Shown one piece after another: positions 22,972 through 31,991 of a DNA stretch of 43,749 bases (positions are counted from its first letter, which is position 1; every line of letters starts with the position of its first letter). Both the position numbers and the translations under genes were made by a program. This stretch comes from a virus (Duplodnaviria > Heunggongvirae > Uroviricota > Caudoviricetes), in the IMG/VR virus record IMGVR_UViG_2675903595_000011. The stretch is one strand, 5' to 3'. The notes beneath the pieces are model-generated. The model searched no databases and had not been told where the DNA came from. It worked only from the letters and a program-made list of their open reading frames with translations.

Positions 22972-23108
22972 ATCTAAATATTCTTTCAATTATAACCACC
23001 TTGCTGCAATATTATGATTATACTGTATAAAATTTAACTCCTCTTAGATCTTACTTCACTGTTCCTTATGAAACAATCATCAAAATGAATCATATTGTAG
23101 TTAAGATT

Positions 23109-23573
23109 TTACTTTAAACACTGCTCGGTTATGTATTGCTGAGCACCTTCAAGTTGGGCCTGCATCATTACCAGTCGTTCCCGGAGGGTGAAATAATCCC
23201 GTTCAGCGGTGTCTGCCAGTCGGGGGGAGGCTGCATTATCCACGCCGGAGGCGGTGGTGGCTTCACGCACTGACTGACAGACTGCTTTGATGTGCAACCG
23301 ACGACGACCAGCGGCAACATCATCACGCAGAGCATCATTTTCAGCTTTCGCATCAGCTAACTCCTTCGTGTATTTTGCATCGAGCGCAGCAACATCACGC
23401 TGACGCATCTGCATGTCAGTAATTGCCGCGTTCGCCAGCTTCAGTTCTCTGGCATTTTTGTCGCGCTGGGCTTTGTAGGTAATGGCGTTATCACGGTAAT
23501 GATTAACAGCCCATGACAGGCAGACGATGATGCAGATAACCAGAGCGGAGATAATCGCGGTTACTCTGTTCAT
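23109..23573 (-). CDS. spanin inner-membrane subunit Rz
   Basis: [29 protein letters not shown]... close to lambda Rz. Confidence 0.9.
   Translation of the reverse strand: MNRVTAIISALVICIIVCLSWAVNHYRDNAITYKAQRDKNARELKLANAAITDMQMRQRDVAALDAKYTKELADAKAENDALRDDVAAGRRRLHIKAVCQSVREATTASGVDNAASPRLADTAERDYFTLRERLVMMQAQLEGAQQYITEQCLK
23168..23353 (-). CDS. spanin outer-membrane lipoprotein Rz1 (embedded in Rz, other frame)
   Basis: [20 protein letters not shown] lipobox plus PPPPP stretch. Confidence 0.85.
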   Translation of the reverse strand: MRKLKMMLCVMMLPLVVVGCTSKQSVSQCVKPPPPPAWIMQPPPDWQTPLNGIISPSGNDW

Positions 23574-24089
23574 TGCTGACCCCACAAACAGATTTCACGC
23601 TCAATCTCACGACGAGTCATGAGACCTTTCCATTGCTTACCGCCAGCATATGTCCAGCGACGTAGCTGATCACATGCGCCTTTGATATCGCCCTGGTTTA
23701 TTTTGCGAAGAAGCGTCGATGTTCTGAAATTGCCAGCACCCACGTTGTAAACGAATGAGTAAAGAGCGCCGCGCGTTGTTTCCGGTATATCGACTTTGAT
23801 GTACGGGTTAATTTGTCTGGCGACAGTGGCAAGGTCTTTATTCAAGAGTGTTTTGCATTCTGCTTTGGTATACGTTTTACCGAGCATGATGTCTTTTCCT
23901 GTATGCCCGTGACATACAGTCCATACACCAACAATATCTTTGTATGGTATGTAGCTGACACCTTCCAGACCATCGTTACCACTTGGGCCAGTGATTAACA
24001 CTGATGCTATAGCAATTGCTCCGCCNNNNNNNNNNNNNNNNNNNNNNNNNNNNNNNNNNNNNNNNNNNNNNNCGTAATGATGGAGGCAT
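23570..24089 (-). CDS. SAR endolysin (T4-lysozyme-like); N-terminal region interrupted by assembly gap
   Basis: [25 protein letters not shown]... read up to the gap; MPPSLR start found on the far side, overlapping the holin stop. Confidence 0.8.
24026..24072. other. assembly gap (47 N) in endolysin 5' region
   Basis: Run of n characters. Confidence 1.
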
Positions 24090-24148
24090 TATTCACCTCT
24101 CGCAGCCTTGCGTAATGATGGCGACATTATTCACCTCTCGCAGCCTTA
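24073..24148. repeat. tandem direct repeat, 2 x 38 bp, spanning holin stop / endolysin start
   Basis: cgtaatgatggaggcattattcacctctcgcagccttg followed by cgtaatgatggcgacattattcacctctcgcagcctta. Confidence 0.9.
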
Positions 24149-24342
24149 CGCTTGTCTTCTCTTATTTTGAAATACAGATTTGTCAGATAAGTCAGAAGCC
24201 CCAGAAGCAGACTTCCCAGCACACCAATCGCAGCCCACTGTGATGGACTGACCTGATCCAACCACTGCAAAAACCAGTAGCCGGCACTGCCGGCGGAGGT
24301 GCCGTAGGCAATGCCTGTTGAAATTTTGTCCATGGATTTCAT
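24127..24342 (-). CDS. pinholin (phage 21 S-like), dual start
   Basis: [28 protein letters not shown]...; GGAGGTGA RBS; second Met at 24333. Confidence 0.85.
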   Translation of the reverse strand: MKSMDKISTGIAYGTSAGSAGYWFLQWLDQVSPSQWAAIGVLGSLLLGLLTYLTNLYFKIREDKRKAARGE

Positions 24343-24593
24343 AGCCTCACCTCCGCACGGAACGGATGGCATAGTTATTATGTGTAGGCTTTCAGACACA
24401 TCAATCAGAGCCTTAATTGATATATATGCTGGAGACGATGCAATATAAAAAGCTCGCCGTAGCGAGCTAATAAAATGTATTTCTCTGATATTATGTTTAT
24501 TTGTATTAGCTCAGACTTGACATCACAGGTTTCGTATATAGAACATCATCAAATCTGTCAGTTTGCTATGAATGAGATATAGTAATTGAAGAG

Positions 24594-24989
24594 CTAACCT
24601 CGCATGTCAAAGCCAGATTTCTGAAAATCTCTGTAGACTTCCGGATTGTTGAAGGCCGGAAATTTGGCTTTATGAGCTGCGGACTTTATCGCTTCGCAAT
24701 AGGCTTTATCACCGTTACTGGTAGATATTTTTAACGCCGTGCCATCCTGAGAGAATTCCATATGCAACCTGCATTTTTTCCCTTTCCAGTTATGCGGCTC
24801 ATCAAGTTTGGCATTAATTGCAGCTCTGATTCCCCGCGCTTGCGCCCCCCATTCATCCTGATCATCCCAGCGTCCTGAACTGCAACTACCTGTAGCAGTA
24901 GTTTTGTGGCAATCTGAAGGGTGTAAAGGTGTGCATCCCGCAACAAAACCGACCCAAAAAGTCAACATAACGATTTTCTTTAATCCCAC
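24594..24989 (-). CDS. lipoprotein with TolA C-terminal-domain-like region
   Basis: Signal peptide with VAGC lipobox; C-terminal ...CRLHMEFSQDG...NPEVYRDFQKSGFDMRG paralogous to the adjacent gene. Confidence 0.6.
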   Translation of the reverse strand: MGLKKIVMLTFWVGFVAGCTPLHPSDCHKTTATGSCSSGRWDDQDEWGAQARGIRAAINAKLDEPHNWKGKKCRLHMEFSQDGTALKISTSNGDKAYCEAIKSAAHKAKFPAFNNPEVYRDFQKSGFDMRG

Positions 24990-25139
24990 TTCTTGCTCCT
25001 CAATCCATTAAAATCTCAGCAATAGTAGTTGTTACGTCCGCCACTGGCTCAGAGCTGACTATCCGCTAAATTTAGCTCAGTGCCGTAGCTGTGTCAGAAC
25101 AAACCTAAGCCGAAACCGTTTATTACAAAACAATAAATA

Positions 25140-25568
25140 TCAGGGTTTAAAATCCAGCACCCCATTTTGAAATACTTTATATACTTCCGGCGAAGGGGGG
25201 GCAGGTATATCAGCATTCTTTATCGCATTCATCGCTTCACGACATAAATCGAGGTCTCCACTTTCTCTTTTAACCTCCAGTAGAAGGCCATTCGGGGCCA
25301 TATGCATTCTCAGTGTACACTCTTTTCCTGAATACTTACTCGCATCCCCGAACTGTTTTTCGATGGCGCTCTTGATTTGATGGGCATACAGACGGATATC
25401 CTCACTAACATCAGAAGTACGTTCAGATGAACTCACATACTGTGTCTCTATTGCTTTATCGGAGTAATATGATGTACGGTCATGATAATTTGTCGATACA
25501 GCATCAGTGCACCCGATAATAATCCCACTAATAATCAACGTAAGAATTGATGCGCTACGAAAACCCAT
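25140..25568 (-). CDS. lipoprotein with TolA domain-III-like C-terminus
   Basis: IIGC lipobox; C-terminal 80 aa read like the TolA C-terminus as recalled (...CTLR...PEVYKVFQNGVLDFKP). Confidence 0.7.
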   Translation of the reverse strand: MGFRSASILTLIISGIIIGCTDAVSTNYHDRTSYYSDKAIETQYVSSSERTSDVSEDIRLYAHQIKSAIEKQFGDASKYSGKECTLRMHMAPNGLLLEVKRESGDLDLCREAMNAIKNADIPAPPSPEVYKVFQNGVLDFKP

Positions 25569-26505
25569 TTTTCCTCACATATGTCATATAGTAAAGGATT
25601 ATATATACCGTTGTTTTGGACGCTCAAACAGCGAATCAGATCAAATAAAACGCACATTTGTTAACATTTACACAAAGTCTGCGTGGGATATTCTGAAAGA
25701 ATATCCATAATGTGGAGAGAATCTATTGAAGTGCATGGTGCCGGGTGCCTCCCGGTGAACAAAATGTTCGTGATACCTGTCGGCGACAGAAAAGGTTAAT
25801 GGTATCACCCCACCGCACAGGGGGATTCACCATGCAGGAGTTTTCTTAGCAAACTCACTGCGCGCCCGGCAACTCCCAACCACATAAAATGCGGAGTTTG
25901 TGGCATTTATGCATATAACTCGCAGGAATTATCTTAAAAAACTGATGTCGATCCGGATTAAAAAGAAGCAGGTCATCATCAGATGACTGGAAAAAAGGAA
26001 AACAAAAAATACTCATCATACAGTTTTGATTGCAGGGATGAGCCTGCTATGCACAATATGCAGAATATAAGCAAGATAAAAATATGCAGGCATATTATTT
26101 CGGATCTTGTTATTAACACAACCTTTTTAATAATCATTTGGCATACAATAAACCAGCCCAAAAAGAACCGCCTAAACAGGCGGTTGGTCAATACAAAGGA
26201 TGCTTCGTCTTTATTATAGTAATCTGAGGCGTCGGGTGTCTTGTATCAGACAACATATTGTCCCGCTAAACAGCGAATTACAAACCACCCTGCAATGATC
26301 TCTCATCTCATTTTATATGAGTTGACGACATCAGGATAACGCATCATCAGCCCCTGCCAAGAAATATCAAAACTCCCGCCAGCAATGTGTTATCACAATA
26401 TTGTAAAAAAAACACAGCACCGAAACTATAACTGGTCTCTGTTATAATTTGGAGCAGAAAGACCAGTTGCCCAACTAGCAGCATTCTCCCCTGCTTTCCT
26501 GACGT

Positions 26506-26532
26506 AAAAAAACCGCATTAAGCGGTTTTTTT
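26506..26532. terminator. perfect palindromic intrinsic terminator downstream of Q
   Basis: AAAAAAACCGC-attaa-GCGGTTTTTTT. Confidence 0.5.
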
Positions 26533-26612
26533 ACGATGTCCATGTCTGCAATCCGCCTCGCGATACAGCTTTGCGAAGCATAGCAAAATTGAAGCAGTTT
26601 ATACGTAAGAAA

Positions 26613-27155
26613 TCAAGCCATTTTCTCAGCAAATGATTCACGCATGGGAATATATAGGGCATACTCAGCAACAGCTAACCAATTAGCAATCCGTTTTTCG
26701 CATGTGCTAAAACACCACTCTGGGTGTGCATCATTTAGCAATTCAGCCATTTTGCGCTTAGTCATCCCCCGCCCTTCATAGCGTTGCCGGAGAATGCAAA
26801 TCAATCCTGGATGCTCTGCCAGCACCTCACTTATGACTCGATCAATACATAACGCCTCTGCATCAGTACAATGCGCCAGCCAGCTCTTTTGCTTGCCGTT
26901 GATCATCTCTCGCAAAAACGCTTCCAGCTCAGCTTTCTCTATTCCCGCTTTTTTCATTCTGCGCAGGGCTTCATTAATGGCTGTTTTCGTCAGTTTTTTG
27001 GATGCCAACAACTGATTGAACATATTCCCTGACCTGCCACCGCCAATATACGACCAGCGCCCCCACATACGTAGTTTTCCCTGAATCCAGACACTTTCCA
27101 GCGTGGTGAGGCGAAGGTGTTCTCCGCTTTTTCCTGTATTCGTTGGGTAAATCAT
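26613..27155 (-). CDS. late-gene antiterminator Q-like protein
   Basis: 180 aa ORF directly upstream of the lysis region; family assigned from memory and synteny. Confidence 0.65.
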   Translation of the reverse strand: MIYPTNTGKSGEHLRLTTLESVWIQGKLRMWGRWSYIGGGRSGNMFNQLLASKKLTKTAINEALRRMKKAGIEKAELEAFLREMINGKQKSWLAHCTDAEALCIDRVISEVLAEHPGLICILRQRYEGRGMTKRKMAELLNDAHPEWCFSTCEKRIANWLAVAEYALYIPMRESFAEKMA

Positions 27156-27442
27156 AAATGACCTTTCTTTCTCCAGATTTCTTGTGTGCGAAAAACCCCT
27201 TCAGCATGCATCAGGCGCAATTCTTCTTTGGTGTAATCGCTGGTTTTTACCCGCCCGTCGATTAGATCGTGGCATGAGCTACAGGCTATCGCCGCCTGCA
27301 TATCATGTGGTTTTGTCGCTGTTCCGCACGTCCCCGCCAGCCTGTAATGCGCCAGCACAGAGGTTTCGGGATTGTGATTGCAGTAGCCAGGGATTCTGAT
27401 CTGGCACATCTGGCCTTTAGCCGCTTTACGTAAATTCACCAT
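27152..27442 (-). CDS. YbcO-like (DUF1364) Cys/His-rich protein
   Basis: 96 aa with conserved Cys/His pattern resembling DLP12 YbcO as recalled. Confidence 0.65.
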   Translation of the reverse strand: MVNLRKAAKGQMCQIRIPGYCNHNPETSVLAHYRLAGTCGTATKPHDMQAAIACSSCHDLIDGRVKTSDYTKEELRLMHAEGVFRTQEIWRKKGHL

Positions 27443-28041
27443 TACGCAAACTCCAGTAGTTGTGCGGCCACATTTTCAACTTCCTCCTGAGAGGAGAATT
27501 TACGGAACAGAATCCAGTTCCACAGCACATTCAGTACAGATTTATAAACCTGCTGAAACTCGACTTCGTCCATATTCGCAAAAGCGATGGATTTTGCCCG
27601 ACGCCCACGGCTACCGTCCGGATAAATATGCTCGGTGTAAAATCCGGCCTGAATGGTTACCCACTCGCGGAAAGCCTCAAACGACTTTAGCAACGCCGTA
27701 TCCCGGGTTCTACGAGTCGCAACGGTGTTAAGGTATTGCTCTGCGGCATCACTCAGGGCTGGCGTGTGTTCCCGACCAACTGATTCGCACAGGTAATCAA
27801 CGAAACCAGACAGCAGTTCTCGTTCGCGAGGCGTGATCGCCCCACCGACCGGAGTCCAGTAATCGAATCCCAGTTGCAGGAGTTTGAAAAAACGCTTGTG
27901 GAATGCGTAGTTACGCACACGCTTAAAGTCTGCGTGTATCCACTCACCTATTTTGATTTGATGCAGAAAATCGCAACTCTCCGGCGTCGCCGGGAGAAGT
28001 AAACCAGAAGAGGTTTGTTTGACCAGTTGTATATGCGCCAT
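27442..28041 (-). CDS. DUF1367-like nin-region protein
   Basis: 199 aa, stop/start overlap with downstream gene. Confidence 0.55.
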   Translation of the reverse strand: MAHIQLVKQTSSGLLLPATPESCDFLHQIKIGEWIHADFKRVRNYAFHKRFFKLLQLGFDYWTPVGGAITPRERELLSGFVDYLCESVGREHTPALSDAAEQYLNTVATRRTRDTALLKSFEAFREWVTIQAGFYTEHIYPDGSRGRRAKSIAFANMDEVEFQQVYKSVLNVLWNWILFRKFSSQEEVENVAAQLLEFA

Positions 28042-28321
28042 TTCTCAATCTCTCGATGGCGCAGCGCAGCAGATGCCAGTTGTTCAGGCTGACGAATAAA
28101 GTATAAATAAACTGGCTATGGTGTAAAGCCCCACATAGCATGAACAAACACTACATATCAAATAGCTGGTACAAGGATAGAAATACGACACTTATTATTA
28201 AAAACGATTAGATAAATTACATTTTAATGTTATGCAAAAGTTCTTTTTTATCATAACATTTCAATAAAAGCATTACAGATGCAATCATCCCGTCATCATC
28301 AATTATTTAAGGTGGTTAAAC

Positions 28322-28408
28322 ATGGAAAATAACAAGTTCGCACATCTCGCTCCTTTTTTATCCGTAATCCTTTTCGCTTGTTGTTTTATATGGGCATTAT
28401 TTTTATAA
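28322..28408 (+). CDS. candidate small hydrophobic protein (28 aa)
   Basis: AAGGTGG RBS 6 nt before ATG; translation MENNKFAHLAPFLSVILFACCFIWALFL. Confidence 0.3.
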   Translation: MENNKFAHLAPFLSVILFACCFIWALFL

Positions 28409-28816
28409 AGTAGCCACATGATAAGTTGCTGGAATCATATTTCCCACTCAAGTCATTAACATTTGATAAGATATATCTAAAAGGACGCCTTTACATTATT
28501 TATGCGTATATAATTTATTTATATACACAGTAAAGGTATCCTGGGAAAATATTTATCGTTAAAAAATACATCATAAATAATTAAGCTGAAATTTCAGAAC
28601 ACAACTAATACACACAATAAGGTTCAGTAACAGTAATCTATGTGGACTACATCGAGATTTTTTGATTAAACTTTAATAACTTATTCCTAACACACAGAAT
28701 GCATAAACTAAAAGTAAAACAAATAGTTATACGAAAAACAACCATATTTATTCTATCTTCTCCTCTAATCAACATATCAATTATGTGTTTCATAACAGCT
28801 TGACATAACCCTCCAA

Positions 28817-28839
28817 AAGATGCATTTTTAATGCATGTT
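28817..28839 (+). promoter_or_regulatory. NsrR-type palindromic operator candidate
   Basis: AAGATGCATTTTTAATGCATGTT: ATGCAT hexamers in inverted orientation, 5 nt apart, 15 nt upstream of the yeaR-like start. Confidence 0.5.
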
Positions 28840-28854
28840 TTGGAGGAGGTGGTT

Positions 28855-29193
28855 ATGACACACAAGAGAATTCCTAAAGATTGGGTAATCAAACGCTCAA
28901 CTCCGTTCTTCACAAAAGAGAACGTACCTTCAGCGTTATTAACACATCATAATACAGCAGCAGGTGTTTTTGGGCAGTTGTGCGTAATGGAAGGCACTGT
29001 AACATATTATGGTTTTACTGATGAGAATGCTACTGAACCGGAGATAAAAGTAGTCATTAATGCTGGCGCTTTTGCAACAAGCCCACCACAATACTGGCAC
29101 CGTGTTGAACTAAGCGATGATGCTCAGTTTAATATTAACTTTTGGGTCGCTCCAGACTTTTCGGGCGAAAAAGTCTATAGCACCAAAAAATAG
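28855..29193 (+). CDS. YeaR-like DUF1971 protein
   Basis: GGAGGAGG RBS; MTHKRIPKDWVIKRSTPFF... resembles E. coli YeaR as recalled. Confidence 0.8.
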   Translation: MTHKRIPKDWVIKRSTPFFTKENVPSALLTHHNTAAGVFGQLCVMEGTVTYYGFTDENATEPEIKVVINAGAFATSPPQYWHRVELSDDAQFNINFWVAPDFSGEKVYSTKK

Positions 29194-29221
29194 ATGATCA
29201 TATTAAAAATGCTTTAACAGT

Positions 29222-29262
29222 CAGACCCGGCAGGGCTATCCCCGACGGGTCTCATTTTTGTA
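29222..29262 (+). terminator. possible terminator after yeaR-like gene
   Basis: GACCCG...CGGGTC stem followed by TCATTTTTG; long loop, weak. Confidence 0.3.
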
Positions 29263-29813
29263 AATATATTGGTTCTACATTGACAGGAGACTTCAACCAT
29301 AAGAAGTAATCTGAATACTTGAGCAATAAATTTACTTAAGATTAATGAGCGCACCTTGCCGGACAAAGATAAACCAAGGTAACACCTTTTTTCTAGCCAG
29401 TATGTAATCAATCAGAAAGCCGCTCCATAAGAACAACAGCAAGACAATAAATTGCCATTACAGCCGCAATAGCCAGCGCACATTTGAGAACCAGCACGAC
29501 AACCCCCTGTATTAGACGCACACCAGTCCTGATAAATATGAGGCTGTCTCGTCAGTGATTCAATACAACTATTGGGTATAGTTTCTGTGATTTTATTCTG
29601 TAGAAATGGAACACAACAACCAGTCACCACCAGCACTTCCTTAAATGCTCTAAGTCAGAAACAAGCCAACATTTTAGTCCGCTTTGAGCGATCTGCAGAC
29701 ATTGCTAGCAGCCTTCTGTGTGAATTCTCAGGGAGCAGGTCGGCATAGCATCACGTTGAGGCTCTTACCCTACTTGTTCACACCAACCCTAACTCCACAG
29801 ACTGATTCATAAA

Positions 29814-30815
29814 TTAGTAATCTGCGTGTTTCGCACTTTTCAGAAATGCTTTCATATTTTCATTAGGTCGCTCAATTTCGAAGTTACTTCCATATAACTC
29901 TTGTAATTTTGGCCATAACTTACTTAATAACCCTCTCCTGCGATAAAATGGATGTATCCAAACGGTAGATAGGTACGGAGAATTTGCATTTGAATTGTTT
30001 ATTGTGACCAGCCCAACTAAACATTGTCGATAACCACTATTATCCATTGATTGTATTTCTTCGACGAATGGATACGCGATTACATCAGTCCAACCATGAT
30101 CGGTTGTATCCCATTGCATTCCGTCATGACATTCCTTCGACTGATAGCGGCGTAAAGCTACACACGCGAGCTTTTGCCAATCTGGAGAATTAATTGTGAT
30201 CTCTTCATCGTATGACGCGCCTATTGGAGCGGGTATTGGTCTGATTAATCCAGCATGGCATTCATCATAGAACTTCATGTTTCCCTCAGAAACGTTGTGT
30301 ACGTTGGGTTGCTCCATGTGTGCGCCATTCAAAAATAGCTCTGATAGTAGTGTATCTACACTGTAATCTTTATTGATTATTGTCGGCTTAGAGTTTTTCT
30401 TATTAAGGCCGCGAGTAACGATTTTTTGATCAATGTTAACAACATGGAATAATCCGTCGGGGAGGCTAGCGAACCACGATGGGGCATCGGACCAGAATAG
30501 CATGCCTTTTGTACTTCTTAAGAGTTTAATTAAGTTAATACAAGCTTCTTCACTAGTCTTGCCGTTGATGCGAAGTATGTTAGGACTAAAGTAATATTCA
30601 TCCATATCAGGGAATGCAGCTTCGCAAAACTCCTGTACATAATTTAGCACCTGGATTCTACAGAGATCATCATAGCTGGTAATAACTAAGGGGGTATCTT
30701 CATTACTATTATGATTATCAATAATGCAATCTATAGCGAGACTTACTGCTTTGCGTATCACTTCAGTTGAATCTAACGACTCTAAAAATTTTGTCTTTCG
30801 TGTGCGAATATCCAT
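29814..30815 (-). CDS. hypothetical protein, second gene of AT-rich two-gene cassette; GNAT-like motif at C-terminus
   Basis: 333 aa; ATG 15 nt after upstream stop; C-terminal ...YLSTVWIHPFYRRRGLLSKLWPKLQELYG. Confidence 0.65.
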   Translation of the reverse strand: MDIRTRKTKFLESLDSTEVIRKAVSLAIDCIIDNHNSNEDTPLVITSYDDLCRIQVLNYVQEFCEAAFPDMDEYYFSPNILRINGKTSEEACINLIKLLRSTKGMLFWSDAPSWFASLPDGLFHVVNIDQKIVTRGLNKKNSKPTIINKDYSVDTLLSELFLNGAHMEQPNVHNVSEGNMKFYDECHAGLIRPIPAPIGASYDEEITINSPDWQKLACVALRRYQSKECHDGMQWDTTDHGWTDVIAYPFVEEIQSMDNSGYRQCLVGLVTINNSNANSPYLSTVWIHPFYRRRGLLSKLWPKLQELYGSNFEIERPNENMKAFLKSAKHADY

Positions 30816-30830
30816 GTATGACCTGCGCTA

Positions 30831-31853
30831 TTAAAATTCATGAATGAACGGTTTGTCATCTGGTTGCAAAATGGTGGTTTTATTCGTTGCTACATTTAAA
30901 CTGTTGTAGAGCATAATTGCCAGGTTCGATGCATTTTCAATCAGCGTTTCAAGATCCTGGTCTGTAATCACTACGAGGTTCCCTTCTTTATCCTTTCCAC
31001 CACGATGCACTAAGTGATTTCGATTGAGGGTTGCCAATTCAATAGCTTCTATCGGACAGTCTTTTTGTACTTTTATATCGAATGTAGCTTCATAGCGGTC
31101 GATTACCTTTTTAGTGCTATGCCAGCTTGCACTGATCAAGTGTTCCTTGATTGACCTGATTAGCTCTCCCCTAATTTTCTCGATGGGTTCACCCTTGAAA
31201 GGCAACGCAGCAATATCTTTGCTTACTTTAAATTCAGTCTTACCTTTTTCTATACAATTGGCTATGTAGACATCATCTTTCTCTATAGAATTAATGAATA
31301 GCTCAACATAAAGCGTTTCCAAAGCTGTAATAACATTCGTGTAGAGCAAACTAAGCAAGTGGTTTTTTTGCTGTTGTTCAGTTTTATCTTTTGCAAGTTT
31401 TTTTATTTTATCGATATTATCAATGAATTTTAAATACGGATTACCGGAAGACGTTACAGCGTCGTAGATATCATCATCGTACCAATCATCTATATTATTT
31501 GAGTTTCCAGACCAGTCAAAACATTGTGTTTGTAATTCATCTACTAATTCCTCAATATACTCAGATTTAACATATTGACCGAAGATGGATTGTAGTTCTT
31601 CGCTCGCATCATACGGCCCGCCATATATGTAAGCATAGCCACCTTCTCTACTTTCATACGGACAAGCATTTGCCGGATCTTCAAAGTTTTCAAAGAACCA
31701 GTTTTTCATTACTTCGAGTTGATCTTTTTTGCTTATGTATTTTAAAGATTTTAGTGGAACTTTCTTTCCATTAACCTCGAAAACAATTTTCACGATGTAA
31801 CGCTCCCTTGTATCAATTGCGCAACTATTATACCACAGCGAAATACAGGGCAT
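30831..31853 (-). CDS. hypothetical protein, first gene of AT-rich two-gene cassette; C-terminal HEPN-like Rx4H motif
   Basis: AAGGAGG RBS 6 nt upstream of ATG at 31853 (MPCISLWY...); RNHLVH at codons 278-283 (about 31005..31022). Confidence 0.65.
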   Translation of the reverse strand: MPCISLWYNSCAIDTRERYIVKIVFEVNGKKVPLKSLKYISKKDQLEVMKNWFFENFEDPANACPYESREGGYAYIYGGPYDASEELQSIFGQYVKSEYIEELVDELQTQCFDWSGNSNNIDDWYDDDIYDAVTSSGNPYLKFIDNIDKIKKLAKDKTEQQQKNHLLSLLYTNVITALETLYVELFINSIEKDDVYIANCIEKGKTEFKVSKDIAALPFKGEPIEKIRGELIRSIKEHLISASWHSTKKVIDRYEATFDIKVQKDCPIEAIELATLNRNHLVHRGGKDKEGNLVVITDQDLETLIENASNLAIMLYNSLNVATNKTTILQPDDKPFIHEF

Positions 31854-31991
31854 AACCTGCCTCCTTAAACTAACATACCATGAGCCAGCAATGTCCGCTA
31901 TTGGCACAAAGCGGACAACCACGCTAGCTCTCCCCTGTGCCAGAAAAATGTCAATTTACATATGAACTAATGCTCTTTGATCTAGTAACGT

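Noticed and set aside
24073-24148. Possible CRISPR array
   Set aside because: Only two adjacent repeat copies with no spacers; the repeats are the duplicated holin/endolysin junction.
25979-26219. Overlapping 70-aa (minus) and 78-aa (plus) ORFs in the AT-rich Q-holin spacer
   Set aside because: AT-rich region generates chance ORFs; a terminator-like hairpin lies inside the 5' end of the minus ORF; no convincing RBS.
25570-26610. tRNA genes between Q and lysis genes (as in Stx phages)
   Set aside because: I looked for T-loop-like motifs and cloverleaf-compatible segments and found none.
28647-28913. 88-aa minus-strand ORF
   Set aside because: Overlaps the promoter/operator and start of the yeaR-like gene on the opposite strand; no RBS.
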